Shown here: piece after piece, positions 27,662 through 37,062 of the stretch | How positions within the stretch are numbered: position 1 is the first letter of the stretch | Layout: each line of letters starts with the position of its first letter | NCBI GenBank assembly: GCA_035526025.1 | Contig: DATLDE010000005.1 | Coordinates: 125,690-189,689, forward strand | Source: Candidatus Limnocylindrales bacterium | Lineage (GTDB): Bacteria > Patescibacteriota > Microgenomatia > Levybacterales > UBA12049 | DNA length: 64,000 nucleotides | Reading direction: 5' to 3' | Notes under the pieces: generated by a model | Told to the model about the DNA's origin: nothing | Database searches by the model: none | Seen by the model: the letters and a program-made list of their open reading frames with translations, nothing else | Made by a program: the position numbers and the translations under genes

Positions 27662-29089
27662 TTACCAGTTATTTTGAGTATCAGGGATGCAGGAAGTTCT
27701 GACATATCCTGAAGAACCAGGAGATGTTAAATTCAAATTTCGAGTTATTGAATTTATATGCATAGCGTTCGTTGTTGCGCATTGTGCGTTGTTTTTGTAT
27801 TCTACTTCAAATACCGCCTTGCCTGCGTTCGTAAATGGCGAGAGTAGTCCGCATTCGTTATATTGATAACACTCCTCATTAACCGCCCAATCATAATAGG
27901 GCTGTAGCGCAACTATCTGGTCCACATCGTTTTTAAGTCCGATTGACAAACCATACGAATGGGCAAGTTGTGCGATCATCTTATTGTAATCTAACTGATT
28001 CTGAGCGGTAAGCGGAAAACCACTAGAGTTGGCATACCCATCCATATTATCTGTATCGACTGAATCAAATCCCTTGGTCTGACACATTTGCATACGACTC
28101 GCCATGAGTGGCTGCAATATATTAATTTGTCGGATATCCAGCCACTTCTCACCTTGCCAGCCGCTCACGATATTACCTTGCACAGAAGTTGGGAAGTTCC
28201 CTGCATCCGGTCGCCAATTTTCCCACGTGCCTGCATCGATATAGCAAATCGCCCTCAATCCTTTGGTATGCAGTGCACTCACGGTTGATGCGCTATTATC
28301 AAACCCGTCTATGTCATACACATGCACATTGGGAATCAAATCCGTTGCAGGATTTAGTGCACTTGCGAGTTGATATTGCCAGTGAAGCGGGGTACTTGCA
28401 CTCGGGCTCCACATTCCCGTAGATACGGGGACAGCTGTTGGTGTCGGTGTAGGAACAAAACTTGTCGGACTTGGCGTGCTAATAATAACAGGTGAGGGTG
28501 TTGGTGTCGGCACTGCAGTACTGCTTGCATCATCTATGACTAGATTATCAAATAGCATATCCCAGCTGAGTGTTGAGGTCACAGTGACAGGTGAACAGTT
28601 CGCAGTCCAGTTGCTTATAAGCGTTCGCGTATTACTAGGTGCGACAGTTATGCTTTTTGTTACCTGCCCTGCACAAGAAATCGTTACCTTTCCTGTGCTT
28701 CCGCCACCGTAGTTGTATGCATCAAGTGAGATAAGCCGTCTAGGCGTTATAAATGTGAATGATGCACTTTTTAAGCGTGTTGCAAATTGAAGATTATTGG
28801 TCTTAAACGTTCCGGACGGGCCATTGGTAATCCAGTTTTGCCCTCCCCAATCAATAAGTCCTAATGGATACTGACTCAAGGTCTGATTTGCACGCTGATC
28901 GTCAAATGTGAGAGTTTGCTGATTTGCTGCAGCGAGCATTCTGAAGTCTTGTTTCTGCTGGACGAGGAATAAAGTGCAGGCGATTCCGAACATAATAAAA
29001 CCCAGCATATATAATTTTGTTCGCGATGAACCTCTGGACGATTTTCGTCCAAGAAACCAAGTTGATTTACTTTTTGATGCCTTCGCCAT
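27662..29089 (-). CDS. Secreted/membrane-anchored glycoside hydrolase family 114-like (endo-alpha-1,4-polygalactosaminidase-like) protein
   Basis: 475 aa; N-terminal TM; PT-rich linker 'PTPTPSPVIISTPSPT'; C-terminal 'VYDIDGFDNSASTVSALHTKGLRAICYIDAGTWENWRPD' resembles GH114 TIM-barrel. Confidence 0.55.
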   Translation of the reverse strand: MAKASKSKSTWFLGRKSSRGSSRTKLYMLGFIMFGIACTLFLVQQKQDFRMLAAANQQTLTFDDQRANQTLSQYPLGLIDWGGQNWITNGPSGTFKTNNLQFATRLKSASFTFITPRRLISLDAYNYGGGSTGKVTISCAGQVTKSITVAPSNTRTLISNWTANCSPVTVTSTLSWDMLFDNLVIDDASSTAVPTPTPSPVIISTPSPTSFVPTPTPTAVPVSTGMWSPSASTPLHWQYQLASALNPATDLIPNVHVYDIDGFDNSASTVSALHTKGLRAICYIDAGTWENWRPDAGNFPTSVQGNIVSGWQGEKWLDIRQINILQPLMASRMQMCQTKGFDSVDTDNMDGYANSSGFPLTAQNQLDYNKMIAQLAHSYGLSIGLKNDVDQIVALQPYYDWAVNEECYQYNECGLLSPFTNAGKAVFEVEYKNNAQCATTNAMHINSITRNLNLTSPGSSGYVRTSCIPDTQNNW

Positions 29090-29219
29090 ATAAATATATA
29101 ATATTTATATATGGGATTAAATGTCAAGAACTAAAACTAGTAACTACATTATCTCAATGCAAATATTAAAATAAACTAAAGGTTTCATCCTTATGTTCTC
29201 AAGTATGTAAGGGTGTTTG

Positions 29220-29522
29220 TTATTCCGATTGGAATGTTTTTATGAAGATTGCGAGTTTTTTACCGTATGGAGAAAGTTTATGTTCCCGAAATTTTCCTCG
29301 ATAATTTTTATCAATTAGTCCTGCGACATGTAGTCTTCGCGTATGTTCACCTATTGTTTTCTCATTGGCTTTAATCTTCTCAACTATACCTTCAAGTGTT
29401 ATTCCTGGTTGGTCATGAATAAGAATAAGTATCTGAATACGATAATGATTGGAGATACCCTTAAAATGCCTTTCCATCTGCTTTGCAGTCTTTACAGAAG
29501 CCATAAAATTATTATTCCACAA
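29220..29522 (-). CDS. ArsR/SmtB-family wHTH transcriptional regulator
   Basis: 100 aa; 'HYRIQILILIHDQPGITLEGIVEKIKANEKTIGEHTRRLHVAGLI' HTH pattern; non-ATG start in ORF table, ATG (MASV) a few codons in. Confidence 0.55.
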   Translation of the reverse strand: MWNNNFMASVKTAKQMERHFKGISNHYRIQILILIHDQPGITLEGIVEKIKANEKTIGEHTRRLHVAGLIDKNYRGKFREHKLSPYGKKLAIFIKTFQSE

Positions 29523-29524
29523 TA

Positions 29525-29870
29525 CCCTTACATTCTCAAGTATTTAAGGGTGATTTAACAGATGAGCTACAACATACACAACATCCTCATATTCTCGGGT
29601 ATTTAAGGGTGTTGAGTGGTGAATAGAGGCATGGTAAATCTAAATAAAATGCTCGCTTGGTTTAAACTAAAATTGAATGATCCGCTGCAACCCCTACCCG
29701 AAGTCTAATTAAAATAATCAAAACATCCTTACATTCTCAAGTATTTAAGGGTATTGTGCGACAATAATTGGAATAATTGGTTTGAAAACAATAAGTATAT
29801 TTTTTACTTAATTTGAACGAAAGTTGAATGACTCGCTGAAAGCCTTTCCAGAAATCTAAAAATGATGTAA
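29525..29870. repeat. Intergenic tandem repeats: three copies of a 27-nt palindromic motif CCTTACATTCTCAAGTATTTAAGGGTG (fourth copy near 29189..29215) plus a duplicated 40-nt motif TTGAATGA.CGCTG.AA.CC....GAA.TCTAA
   Basis: Motif copies at about 29525, 29585, 29727 and 29189; each has CCCTTA...TAAGGG inverted arms; second motif at about 29668..29712 and 29826..29868; coordinates +/-2 nt. Confidence 0.7.
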
Positions 29871-29893
29871 CTAGTCTTATTAAGAATTTAAAT

Positions 29894-31378
29894 TTAGGAC
29901 TGCTTGAGCTTGACTAAGTGCTTATAGATCTCAACCATAGCCAGAGTATCAAGGCCACAATACTTTATCAGATCATCAAGGATTTGTTCTTTTTCTGCAT
30001 TTCGCTCTCCATACAGAATTGCCTCCATCCACAATCTTTGAGCTGAAGCTCCTTCCTGTATGCCAAGCGTTTTGTAGGACAATTCGGGAGCAAGAACAGG
30101 TAGAACTGCTTTTATTGAGGCACTGCCCCCAAATCCCTTATCAACATACCAACTACTTGAAAAGGGAATCATCAGATCAACGATCCGATTATTCACCTCC
30201 TCATAAAATTCCTTGTACTCAGTAAGGATTGTTCCAAGTAGCGTGTTACAACTTTTTTCAAACCCCGCGCTCCAGGCCAGAATCGATCCTGTGGTACCAA
30301 TTTGTGATTTAAGATTTTTACTAATCTCCTCAGCAGGATTGGAATTATCACTATGTAGATATTCAAAATGCCTGATCTCAGAATCAGGCGTCTCCAGAAC
30401 ATCCAGGGAATATTGAAAAGGAAGCTGTTGATACGCGCGGAGGTCATCAAAATATGGGACAATGCCACCCAGGGTCTCATAATCAAGAAAATAAAGAGGG
30501 TAAATAAGACTGGATAGAAAATCTCTGATTTTTTCTTTCTCTATCAGGACTCTATTTTGTTTGACTGATTCTACCTGTTGCTTTTGTTTGCCAGACAGTG
30601 GAAAGTCAGATGGTATTTCGTTAAGTTTCTTCACTTTCAATTCGTCAAATTTGCTAAGCAATTTGGTGTTAAGTACACATAAGTCATAAATGCTTTCAGG
30701 CTCAACACTGACCAACCCACGATAAATTCCAAGCCATTCTTTGAGAGATCCATACGCAGCAAGTGAAGGGGAAATATCAGGCATGACTTCTGAGTTGGCA
30801 ACTTTTAGAGCTGCCTTTATATTATCCTCGGTAAATTTTCTTTTGGCTTTTACGTTTTCTGTTATGTCTACAATAGTTGTAAATTCACCAGGGACTATAT
30901 CACCACGCTTAATATATTCATTATTAACATGAATTACTGAAATATTGCGAACTGTGTTTCCGCATAGCTCAAGTACAATCATTTGAAAAGCCAGATCTAG
31001 CTCGTGCTCTAATTTCACCTTTGTACTTGATTTTATTTCGTATAAATCAACTGTTTTTTCATCAACGATCTGGATTACATCACACACAAAAGTTAACTGA
31101 CTGTGTTCAAATCTTCCCTGGAATATCGTTTTTGCTCCCTCTTTTATAGCTCTTTGCGTACGCTCAGGTAGGCTCAGATATTCATAATAATCATCAAATC
31201 CTAGCCTTACTCCCTCAGGAAATAATTGCTCAGCATATGTTTCAAACAAATGACCCGCATCAAATACAGCTTGAGTGTTGTCATCAATTATAGGAAGCTT
31301 TGCTTTATCGTGTTTCTTAAGCCACAGCCATGCCGGGTGCTTGAGAAACATCATGTATTCTGATTTAGACAAAAGCAT
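29894..31378 (-). CDS. DUF2779-like PD-(D/E)XK (RecB-family) nuclease domain protein
   Basis: 494 aa; N-term 'LSKSEYMMFLKHPAWLWLK'; 'VDLYEIKSS' (D-x-E-x-K); C-terminal 'YFLDYETLGGIVPYFDDLRAYQQLPFQYSL' matches the DUF2779 hallmark. Confidence 0.6.
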   Translation of the reverse strand: MLLSKSEYMMFLKHPAWLWLKKHDKAKLPIIDDNTQAVFDAGHLFETYAEQLFPEGVRLGFDDYYEYLSLPERTQRAIKEGAKTIFQGRFEHSQLTFVCDVIQIVDEKTVDLYEIKSSTKVKLEHELDLAFQMIVLELCGNTVRNISVIHVNNEYIKRGDIVPGEFTTIVDITENVKAKRKFTEDNIKAALKVANSEVMPDISPSLAAYGSLKEWLGIYRGLVSVEPESIYDLCVLNTKLLSKFDELKVKKLNEIPSDFPLSGKQKQQVESVKQNRVLIEKEKIRDFLSSLIYPLYFLDYETLGGIVPYFDDLRAYQQLPFQYSLDVLETPDSEIRHFEYLHSDNSNPAEEISKNLKSQIGTTGSILAWSAGFEKSCNTLLGTILTEYKEFYEEVNNRIVDLMIPFSSSWYVDKGFGGSASIKAVLPVLAPELSYKTLGIQEGASAQRLWMEAILYGERNAEKEQILDDLIKYCGLDTLAMVEIYKHLVKLKQS

Positions 31379-31490
31379 ATTTTGTAATTTATCGCGATAA
31401 ATTATTTTTTATGTTTGGGATAATAATATTGGGCCAATATTGTAGGATTATAACTTGTTATCTGATAGATGTCCATTAGCCTATGAGTGA

Positions 31491-33005
31491 CTATTCATAC
31501 TGCAGATGAGATGCAAAAAGCTCTACTTCCTTCCGATCTATAACAGCATCAAGATTTTTAATACTTTCGTAATCAATATATTTTGCATCGTCAAGCAATT
31601 TCTTTAAGTCCGCAGGCAATTCCCATTTTGAGCTAAAAAGCTCTAAATTTTCACCGGTGGCATTTCTACATAGTTTTTCTTCAAAAAGAAAATAAATACT
31701 GTGTTTTATAGCAATTCTTTGTAACCATATTTCCAAAAGCCCAGAATTTGGTAATAAATTAATTTTTCGGAGTAACTTGTCTAGAACTTCCTTCTTACTC
31801 TCATGTGCCCTTTTATCAATAGCCTTACTAATTAATACAGCAACTATCGGAAAAGATCTTGGATTTTCATATGCAATATTAATAAGAATACTTATGATTT
31901 CAATATAATTATTTCGAAGTAAGGTAACTCTAACAGTATCATTTAGCCTCATTAATCTAATATTTACAGCACCACAATTAGGGTGGCTTGTCCCTATTGA
32001 ATATATAGTTAAAAGTTCATTCCGGAGTGTTTTTTTTGTGATCGTATTTGATAATGGCAACTTAAGCATGGCCAATTTATCTGGTTTAATTGAATCAGTA
32101 ATAATACTATCACTTTTTTTAGTTTTTGCGGTGTTTAGTGCCATACCAAGCTTAGCAAGTACCTCACTTAAGGACTTCATGATTAATTCTCCGTCTTTAG
32201 GATTTCGGACAAAAATTCTATAATCATCACGATAACGAAGAATTCTATATGAATCTTTACTAAGTAACTTTATTTTTTTAGAAAGTTCATGATCAGCGTA
32301 AGATAAAACTATCTCTGCAATAAAATCCATTAACACACTTCCTTGGGGTATTCCATTTGTTTGGCCATTGGACATTGCTTGAAGATGATGGTCAATTTTA
32401 TTGCCTAAAAGTTGATTATAATTTCGCTTCTCTTTTGAAATAGACTTTTCATGTAACGCCCATGCTATAGAGTGAGTATAAACAGAACCATAACAATTAA
32501 CAATGTCAGTTTGAAATAAATATTCAAAATCTAATGCTAAACGTATAGATTCTTTTTCAATCAAATCAAACCATTCATTCACCTGAGTGGCTTGTTGTTT
32601 CTTATTGGTATCGCCAATAACAGGCAAGCTTATACAGCTTATCGAATTATTGAATGAAAGACTTTTAAATCTGCTACAAATTATTTCCCAAGAGTCTCTA
32701 GCAGTGATAAGATTAACAAGCGAAACATATAGTACTGGATTAATTAATTCGTATTTTCTCCATGCATAATTACCATCTTTATTTCCGTAGATAATATGAT
32801 TTATATTCTCAGCGCTTTTAGCAGTCATAAGATTTTTTTCTGGGATGGGCCCTCCTCGCAATTTTTTAGAAAGTACCAACAAAGTCTTTTCAAATTCAAA
32901 GTATGGAGGCAGGTCCATACTAAAATATTTTTCTTGATTAAGGAAGAATTTATTAGCTTTTCTGCAATCTAATTTCAGAATGTTACTCCTCATAGTATCT
33001 ACCAC
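31491..33005 (-). CDS. Stand-alone reverse transcriptase (defence-associated/Abi-like RT candidate)
   Basis: 504 aa; motif A 'TDIVNCYGSV', motif B 'NGIPQGSVLMDFIAEIVL', motif C 'RYRDDYRIF' (YxDD); roughly 200-aa alpha-helical C-terminal extension; no maturase/En domain. Confidence 0.7.
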   Translation of the reverse strand: MVDTMRSNILKLDCRKANKFFLNQEKYFSMDLPPYFEFEKTLLVLSKKLRGGPIPEKNLMTAKSAENINHIIYGNKDGNYAWRKYELINPVLYVSLVNLITARDSWEIICSRFKSLSFNNSISCISLPVIGDTNKKQQATQVNEWFDLIEKESIRLALDFEYLFQTDIVNCYGSVYTHSIAWALHEKSISKEKRNYNQLLGNKIDHHLQAMSNGQTNGIPQGSVLMDFIAEIVLSYADHELSKKIKLLSKDSYRILRYRDDYRIFVRNPKDGELIMKSLSEVLAKLGMALNTAKTKKSDSIITDSIKPDKLAMLKLPLSNTITKKTLRNELLTIYSIGTSHPNCGAVNIRLMRLNDTVRVTLLRNNYIEIISILINIAYENPRSFPIVAVLISKAIDKRAHESKKEVLDKLLRKINLLPNSGLLEIWLQRIAIKHSIYFLFEEKLCRNATGENLELFSSKWELPADLKKLLDDAKYIDYESIKNLDAVIDRKEVELFASHLQYE

Positions 33006-33105
33006 TGATATTGAGGGTAATTATACTGGAAGCTTATAGAGAATGCTACGTGCAAAAAATCTAATTTAAAAAATATTTATTTTCTGAGGCAAGTCATGTT
33101 GCAAC

Positions 33106-34209
33106 CTATATATTACCTTTCCGTCGATTGTCTTCCCTGCATAACATCTGGCAATTCACAGTTAATGTTTTTCCACCCTCTACCCATGGCGTAATGTGAT
33201 CTGCTTCCATTTCTTCTATATCAAATCTATTTTTACAAAAACGGCAAACACCGTTCTGTCTCTCATATGCTTCCCTCCTCATTCTGTCAGTAAATGCACG
33301 TATACTTAGATAATTCTCCTTCCTCGTGAGAACGTAAGGGTAAATCCCAGATTTCTTTGTTACATCTTCATCTTGCATTAATACTTTTATTTCTTCTTCA
33401 AGTTTTACAGTATTTAGCTTTTGCTCATTAAATTGATTGTAGAGATCACCCCAATTTACATTTGCCATTTCTCTTCTGTAATTCGGGAACGCTTTTCGCA
33501 CCCAAGAGATAACGTCTTGAAAGTAATTCCATAACTCATCTGCATTTTTATCATGTTGATGTTTGGCCATGTAATCCGCAATTTCACCATTGTTAATCCA
33601 AGAAAGTGAAGTTTCTAAGTATTCTTGCCTTATCGGTGAACCCGCCAAAAGGGAACCACCATCATTGGCCAATAGATATGCAGCACAATTTGTTTTGCTG
33701 AATTTGAGTTTTGCATCAGACAACCAAGGGCCAGTATAAACAGCATTTTTAAGTTCCTGATCCGTAAGTTTTTCACCTGCAATATTAATAATTCTGAACC
33801 AATCCAAACGCTCTTTGTCTGTGCCTTCACAAAAATAAATCATTAATTGATAATCCAAAATCTGATTCTGTTCGTCAGGAGTTAAGTTGTGGAACATTGC
33901 TAATCTGCCATTAAAATCTACGGAAAAGTCGCCATTTACAAATTGTGCAAGACTAATTGTTCTTTGTTGGCCATCAAGTACTTCATATCCACCATCTTCT
34001 CTCACAACCCAGTACATCACATTAAGTGGGAACCCATTCCTGACAGTATCAATGACTGCATCTCGTTGTGTATCTTTGTAGATAAATTCGCGCTGGTATT
34101 TGGGACGAATATCAAGTTTGCCACAATATCCTACAACACCTTCTTCAGCATTGTCTGTATATTCATCAACTACTTCTCGCACTTTTATTTTTTGTAACTC
34201 AATCTTCAT
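33106..34209 (-). CDS. DUF262 (ParB-like, DGQQR) + C-terminal HNH nuclease protein, GmrSD-like
   Basis: 367 aa; 'VLDGQQRTISLAQF' DUF262 motif; C-term 'CRFCKNRFDIEEMEADHITPWVEGG...NCQMLCREDNRRKGN' HNH. Confidence 0.7.
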   Translation of the reverse strand: MKIELQKIKVREVVDEYTDNAEEGVVGYCGKLDIRPKYQREFIYKDTQRDAVIDTVRNGFPLNVMYWVVREDGGYEVLDGQQRTISLAQFVNGDFSVDFNGRLAMFHNLTPDEQNQILDYQLMIYFCEGTDKERLDWFRIINIAGEKLTDQELKNAVYTGPWLSDAKLKFSKTNCAAYLLANDGGSLLAGSPIRQEYLETSLSWINNGEIADYMAKHQHDKNADELWNYFQDVISWVRKAFPNYRREMANVNWGDLYNQFNEQKLNTVKLEEEIKVLMQDEDVTKKSGIYPYVLTRKENYLSIRAFTDRMRREAYERQNGVCRFCKNRFDIEEMEADHITPWVEGGKTLTVNCQMLCREDNRRKGNI

Positions 34210-34213
34210 ATTA

Positions 34214-35275
34214 CTAGACCTTTTTTCGTATCAAAATACGTCCATATTTAAGTTTGCCACTGATGTAAGGACCATCTTTGCCTGACGCAGAAGTAATTCC
34301 TGCTAAACCTTTGATGTTTCCTGCAATGAGACCAACTATTTCAAATTGTTCAGGGTTGTATTTATCTACAAATGTAATAGGGACACCCATTACACCATCG
34401 TGGTCTACAGGAATATCAGAAACTTTATTGACATTTATTGCGTTGTAATTGTCATACTTGAGAAACTCTTCTGGAGTATATTTCTTATATAATGTTAACT
34501 CTTGATGACGTTTTGTAGTTTCTAAATTTGTGAACCATAAAATTCTCCCCATACTGAAATACTTTACTCCATTCACAATCTTCTTTCTCGATTCTGTTGG
34601 GATATCATAGTCCATCGGAACCTGAAACCACTTTGTGCCACCATTGTCATTACCAAGCCACAATTTATTGTCTTTAATTAGCTTGAAAATCTCTTTGTAG
34701 GTAATGGCATTTTGATCACCAAGAATCAAAAAATTCTTCTTAAATTCAGTAAGCTGGGCTATATATTCACGAAACAAGGAGAAAGGAGGATTGGTGACGA
34801 CAATATCAGCCTCATTGAGTAGTTCAATGCACTCTTTACTTCTAAAATCTCCATTTTCTTTTAAAGGTGTTGACACGTTAGCATCACGTTTCAAAAGCCA
34901 CTCTACGTCTGTTAAATCTATGGCACCATCAGTATTTTTATCTGGCACGTCATTAATTTCAATCTTAAAAGGCTTTTTTCCTTCAGGTTTTAAACCTTGT
35001 ATTTCAAGAAGTGGGAGCTGTCCACCTGCAATAGAAGATTGGTCAAAACTCGTAGTTATAAGTTTCTTTAGTCCTAATGCATTAAAATTTGCAGCAAAAT
35101 ATTTGAAGAAATTGCTCTCAAAAGGATCATCACAATTACAATATACTACCTTGCCACGAAATTGATCCTTGTAATGCTTCAATTCTTTTTCAATGTCAGT
35201 TAACTGCGTATAAAACTCATCCTTCTTGGCTTTACCTGCCTTACCTAAGTTTGTATTTAATGATTTTGAATTCAT
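34214..35275 (-). CDS. N6-adenine DNA methyltransferase-like (gamma-class, NPPF motif)
   Basis: 353 aa; 'IVVTNPPFSLF' motif IV; upstream 'CDDPFESN' degenerate motif I; stop 4 nt from DUF262-HNH start. Confidence 0.5.
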   Translation of the reverse strand: MNSKSLNTNLGKAGKAKKDEFYTQLTDIEKELKHYKDQFRGKVVYCNCDDPFESNFFKYFAANFNALGLKKLITTSFDQSSIAGGQLPLLEIQGLKPEGKKPFKIEINDVPDKNTDGAIDLTDVEWLLKRDANVSTPLKENGDFRSKECIELLNEADIVVTNPPFSLFREYIAQLTEFKKNFLILGDQNAITYKEIFKLIKDNKLWLGNDNGGTKWFQVPMDYDIPTESRKKIVNGVKYFSMGRILWFTNLETTKRHQELTLYKKYTPEEFLKYDNYNAINVNKVSDIPVDHDGVMGVPITFVDKYNPEQFEIVGLIAGNIKGLAGITSASGKDGPYISGKLKYGRILIRKKV

Positions 35276-35388
35276 AACTGTTTAAGCGTTAAGTCATAAT
35301 TTTAATCTTTGTTTAGCAAGCTTTTGTAATTACCAGTTTTACGTATTATACGCCCCGGGGAAGGTTTTGGGAAGCGGGGAGAGGAGTA

Positions 35389-35811
35389 TTAAGTTCTATT
35401 TGGTATCCGGATTTGAAAATACCCTTTTTCTTTCTTATCCAAATATACATTATTCTCCCCAAATTTAACACTTAATTTTCTCATCACCATCTCCTCACTT
35501 TTATCTCGTTTACCTACAAATTTCCCAAAGAAATATATAAAATATTGATCCCTTTCAATATATTTGTACTTAAAAAGCTTATGACTGAATGCTGACTTAT
35601 AACCGATCATATCCAGGACTTCACTAACATCGCGATTTCTATAATGAATAAAGTGATCTTTCCCTATCTCAGAAAATGGAAAATATTTTGAAATTTTAGT
35701 ATAAAACTTGAAAAGGTGAGGAAGTATAAATTCAGCTAATATGATCAAGACAAAACCTTTAAAGCTAATCTCAGATTCAGGCTTTTCAACTGCTTTCTTC
35801 ACTGATTTCAC
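35389..35811 (-). CDS. Hypothetical protein
   Basis: 140 aa, hydrophobic N-terminal half, no motif. Confidence 0.3.
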   Translation of the reverse strand: MKSVKKAVEKPESEISFKGFVLIILAEFILPHLFKFYTKISKYFPFSEIGKDHFIHYRNRDVSEVLDMIGYKSAFSHKLFKYKYIERDQYFIYFFGKFVGKRDKSEEMVMRKLSVKFGENNVYLDKKEKGYFQIRIPNRT

Positions 35812-35947
35812 AAACTTATCAATATTATAGTCCTAAAACTGGGATTATGGAAAGCGGGAACGTGAGGTAGTGAGTATAAAGCAGTAAGGATAAAGTATGA
35901 TAAAACTTCCTGTATTATTTTTTATAAACTGCGTTTTCTCTACCCGC

Positions 35948-36595
35948 CTATGTCTTACTCAGAAATGCATCGCGACCTGATCCGATACGATATGGTGCAT
36001 ATCTTTCAGGATTTTTGTACGCATAATCCTGATGCTCTTCTTCTGCTGGCCAAAAATCTGATGCGGGAATAATCTCTGTCACTATTGGCTTTTCAAATAT
36101 TTTTGCTTTAGTGATTGCATCACTAACATCATTAGCAATCCTTTTTTCATCCTCATTTTCATAATATACAGCTGATGTGTATCCCTCTCCTCTATCAAAA
36201 AATGAACCTCCGGGATCTGTCGGATCAATATGACGGAAATAATACTCAGCGAGTTCACCATACGTGATTATCGTGGGATCATAAACAACTTCTACTGCTT
36301 CTCTATGTCCACCCGCTACGTAGTTTTCATACGTTACATTCTCTGTTCTCCCACCTGTGAATCCTGATCTGACATCAACAATTCCCTTTGGAATTTTTTC
36401 AAAATATGACTCCAGACTCCAGAAACATCCTCCGGCAAAGATTGCTACTTTATCTGCTTCGCGCCTTGGTCTTCTTTCAATAGTCTTTTCTGCTGCAATA
36501 GAATCAGATTTCTGTACTGGTGTGTGTTTAAAGAACACATTGAACCCAAGGTACACAATGACAGCTGCTATTAAAAATATTATATATTTCTTCAT
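35948..36595 (-). CDS. msrA: Peptide methionine sulfoxide reductase MsrA (membrane-anchored/secreted)
   Basis: 'GGCFWSLESYFEKIPKGIVDVRSGFTGGRTENVTYENY...GHREAVEVVYDP' MsrA signature with N-terminal TM. Confidence 0.85.
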   Translation of the reverse strand: MKKYIIFLIAAVIVYLGFNVFFKHTPVQKSDSIAAEKTIERRPRREADKVAIFAGGCFWSLESYFEKIPKGIVDVRSGFTGGRTENVTYENYVAGGHREAVEVVYDPTIITYGELAEYYFRHIDPTDPGGSFFDRGEGYTSAVYYENEDEKRIANDVSDAITKAKIFEKPIVTEIIPASDFWPAEEEHQDYAYKNPERYAPYRIGSGRDAFLSKT

Positions 36596-36774
36596 ACTTC
36601 GATTAAACTCAGTATGACCCTGAGCAATGCCGAAGGATCATATAAATAGTATACCACAAATGTAAAAGTAACTTTACATCTAATTAAGAATAAACTGTGA
36701 CTTTACGCCAAAAACCTCGCTCATTTGATGAACGAGATTTTTTGAAAAAGAAGTGATCAAACTTCTGATAAGCT

Positions 36775-36999
36775 CTAGCGCATGAAATTTTTGTTCTTGT
36801 GGTTAATTGCTAAGATAACTCCACAAACCCCAATAAGTAAATAAACAATCTTTTCTACAGTTGGAACAGATCCTAAGAGCATGCTGACTACATTAAAACC
36901 CAATGCAGTTAAACCCCAATTGATTGCCCCTATGACAACTACCCAAAAAACAATGTCATTTTTATCATTAAAATGTGTAAACTTTCCCATTTTTATCAC
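36775..36999 (-). CDS. DUF378-family small membrane protein
   Basis: 74 aa; 'VIGAINWGLTALGFNVVSMLLG' typical of DUF378. Confidence 0.5.
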   Translation of the reverse strand: MIKMGKFTHFNDKNDIVFWVVVIGAINWGLTALGFNVVSMLLGSVPTVEKIVYLLIGVCGVILAINHKNKNFMR

Positions 37000-37062
37000 C
37001 TCCTTTCACTACTTGAGTCTAATACTCGCTTCTCATACTGTCAATAATCAAACCATGTACTG

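Noticed and set aside
29525-29760. Possible mini-CRISPR array (27-nt repeats with a roughly 30-nt first spacer)
   Set aside because: Only three or four copies with irregular spacing (about 30 nt, then about 110 nt, one copy 330 nt away on the other side of a gene). Repeats are internally palindromic like operators. No cas genes. Better explained as regulator binding sites or a tandem duplication.
31386-31405. AATTTATCGCGATAAATT palindrome as Rho-independent terminator of the RT gene
   Set aside because: Stem is AT-rich and weak, and on the RT coding strand it is not followed by a U-tract. More likely an operator upstream of the nuclease gene or coincidental.
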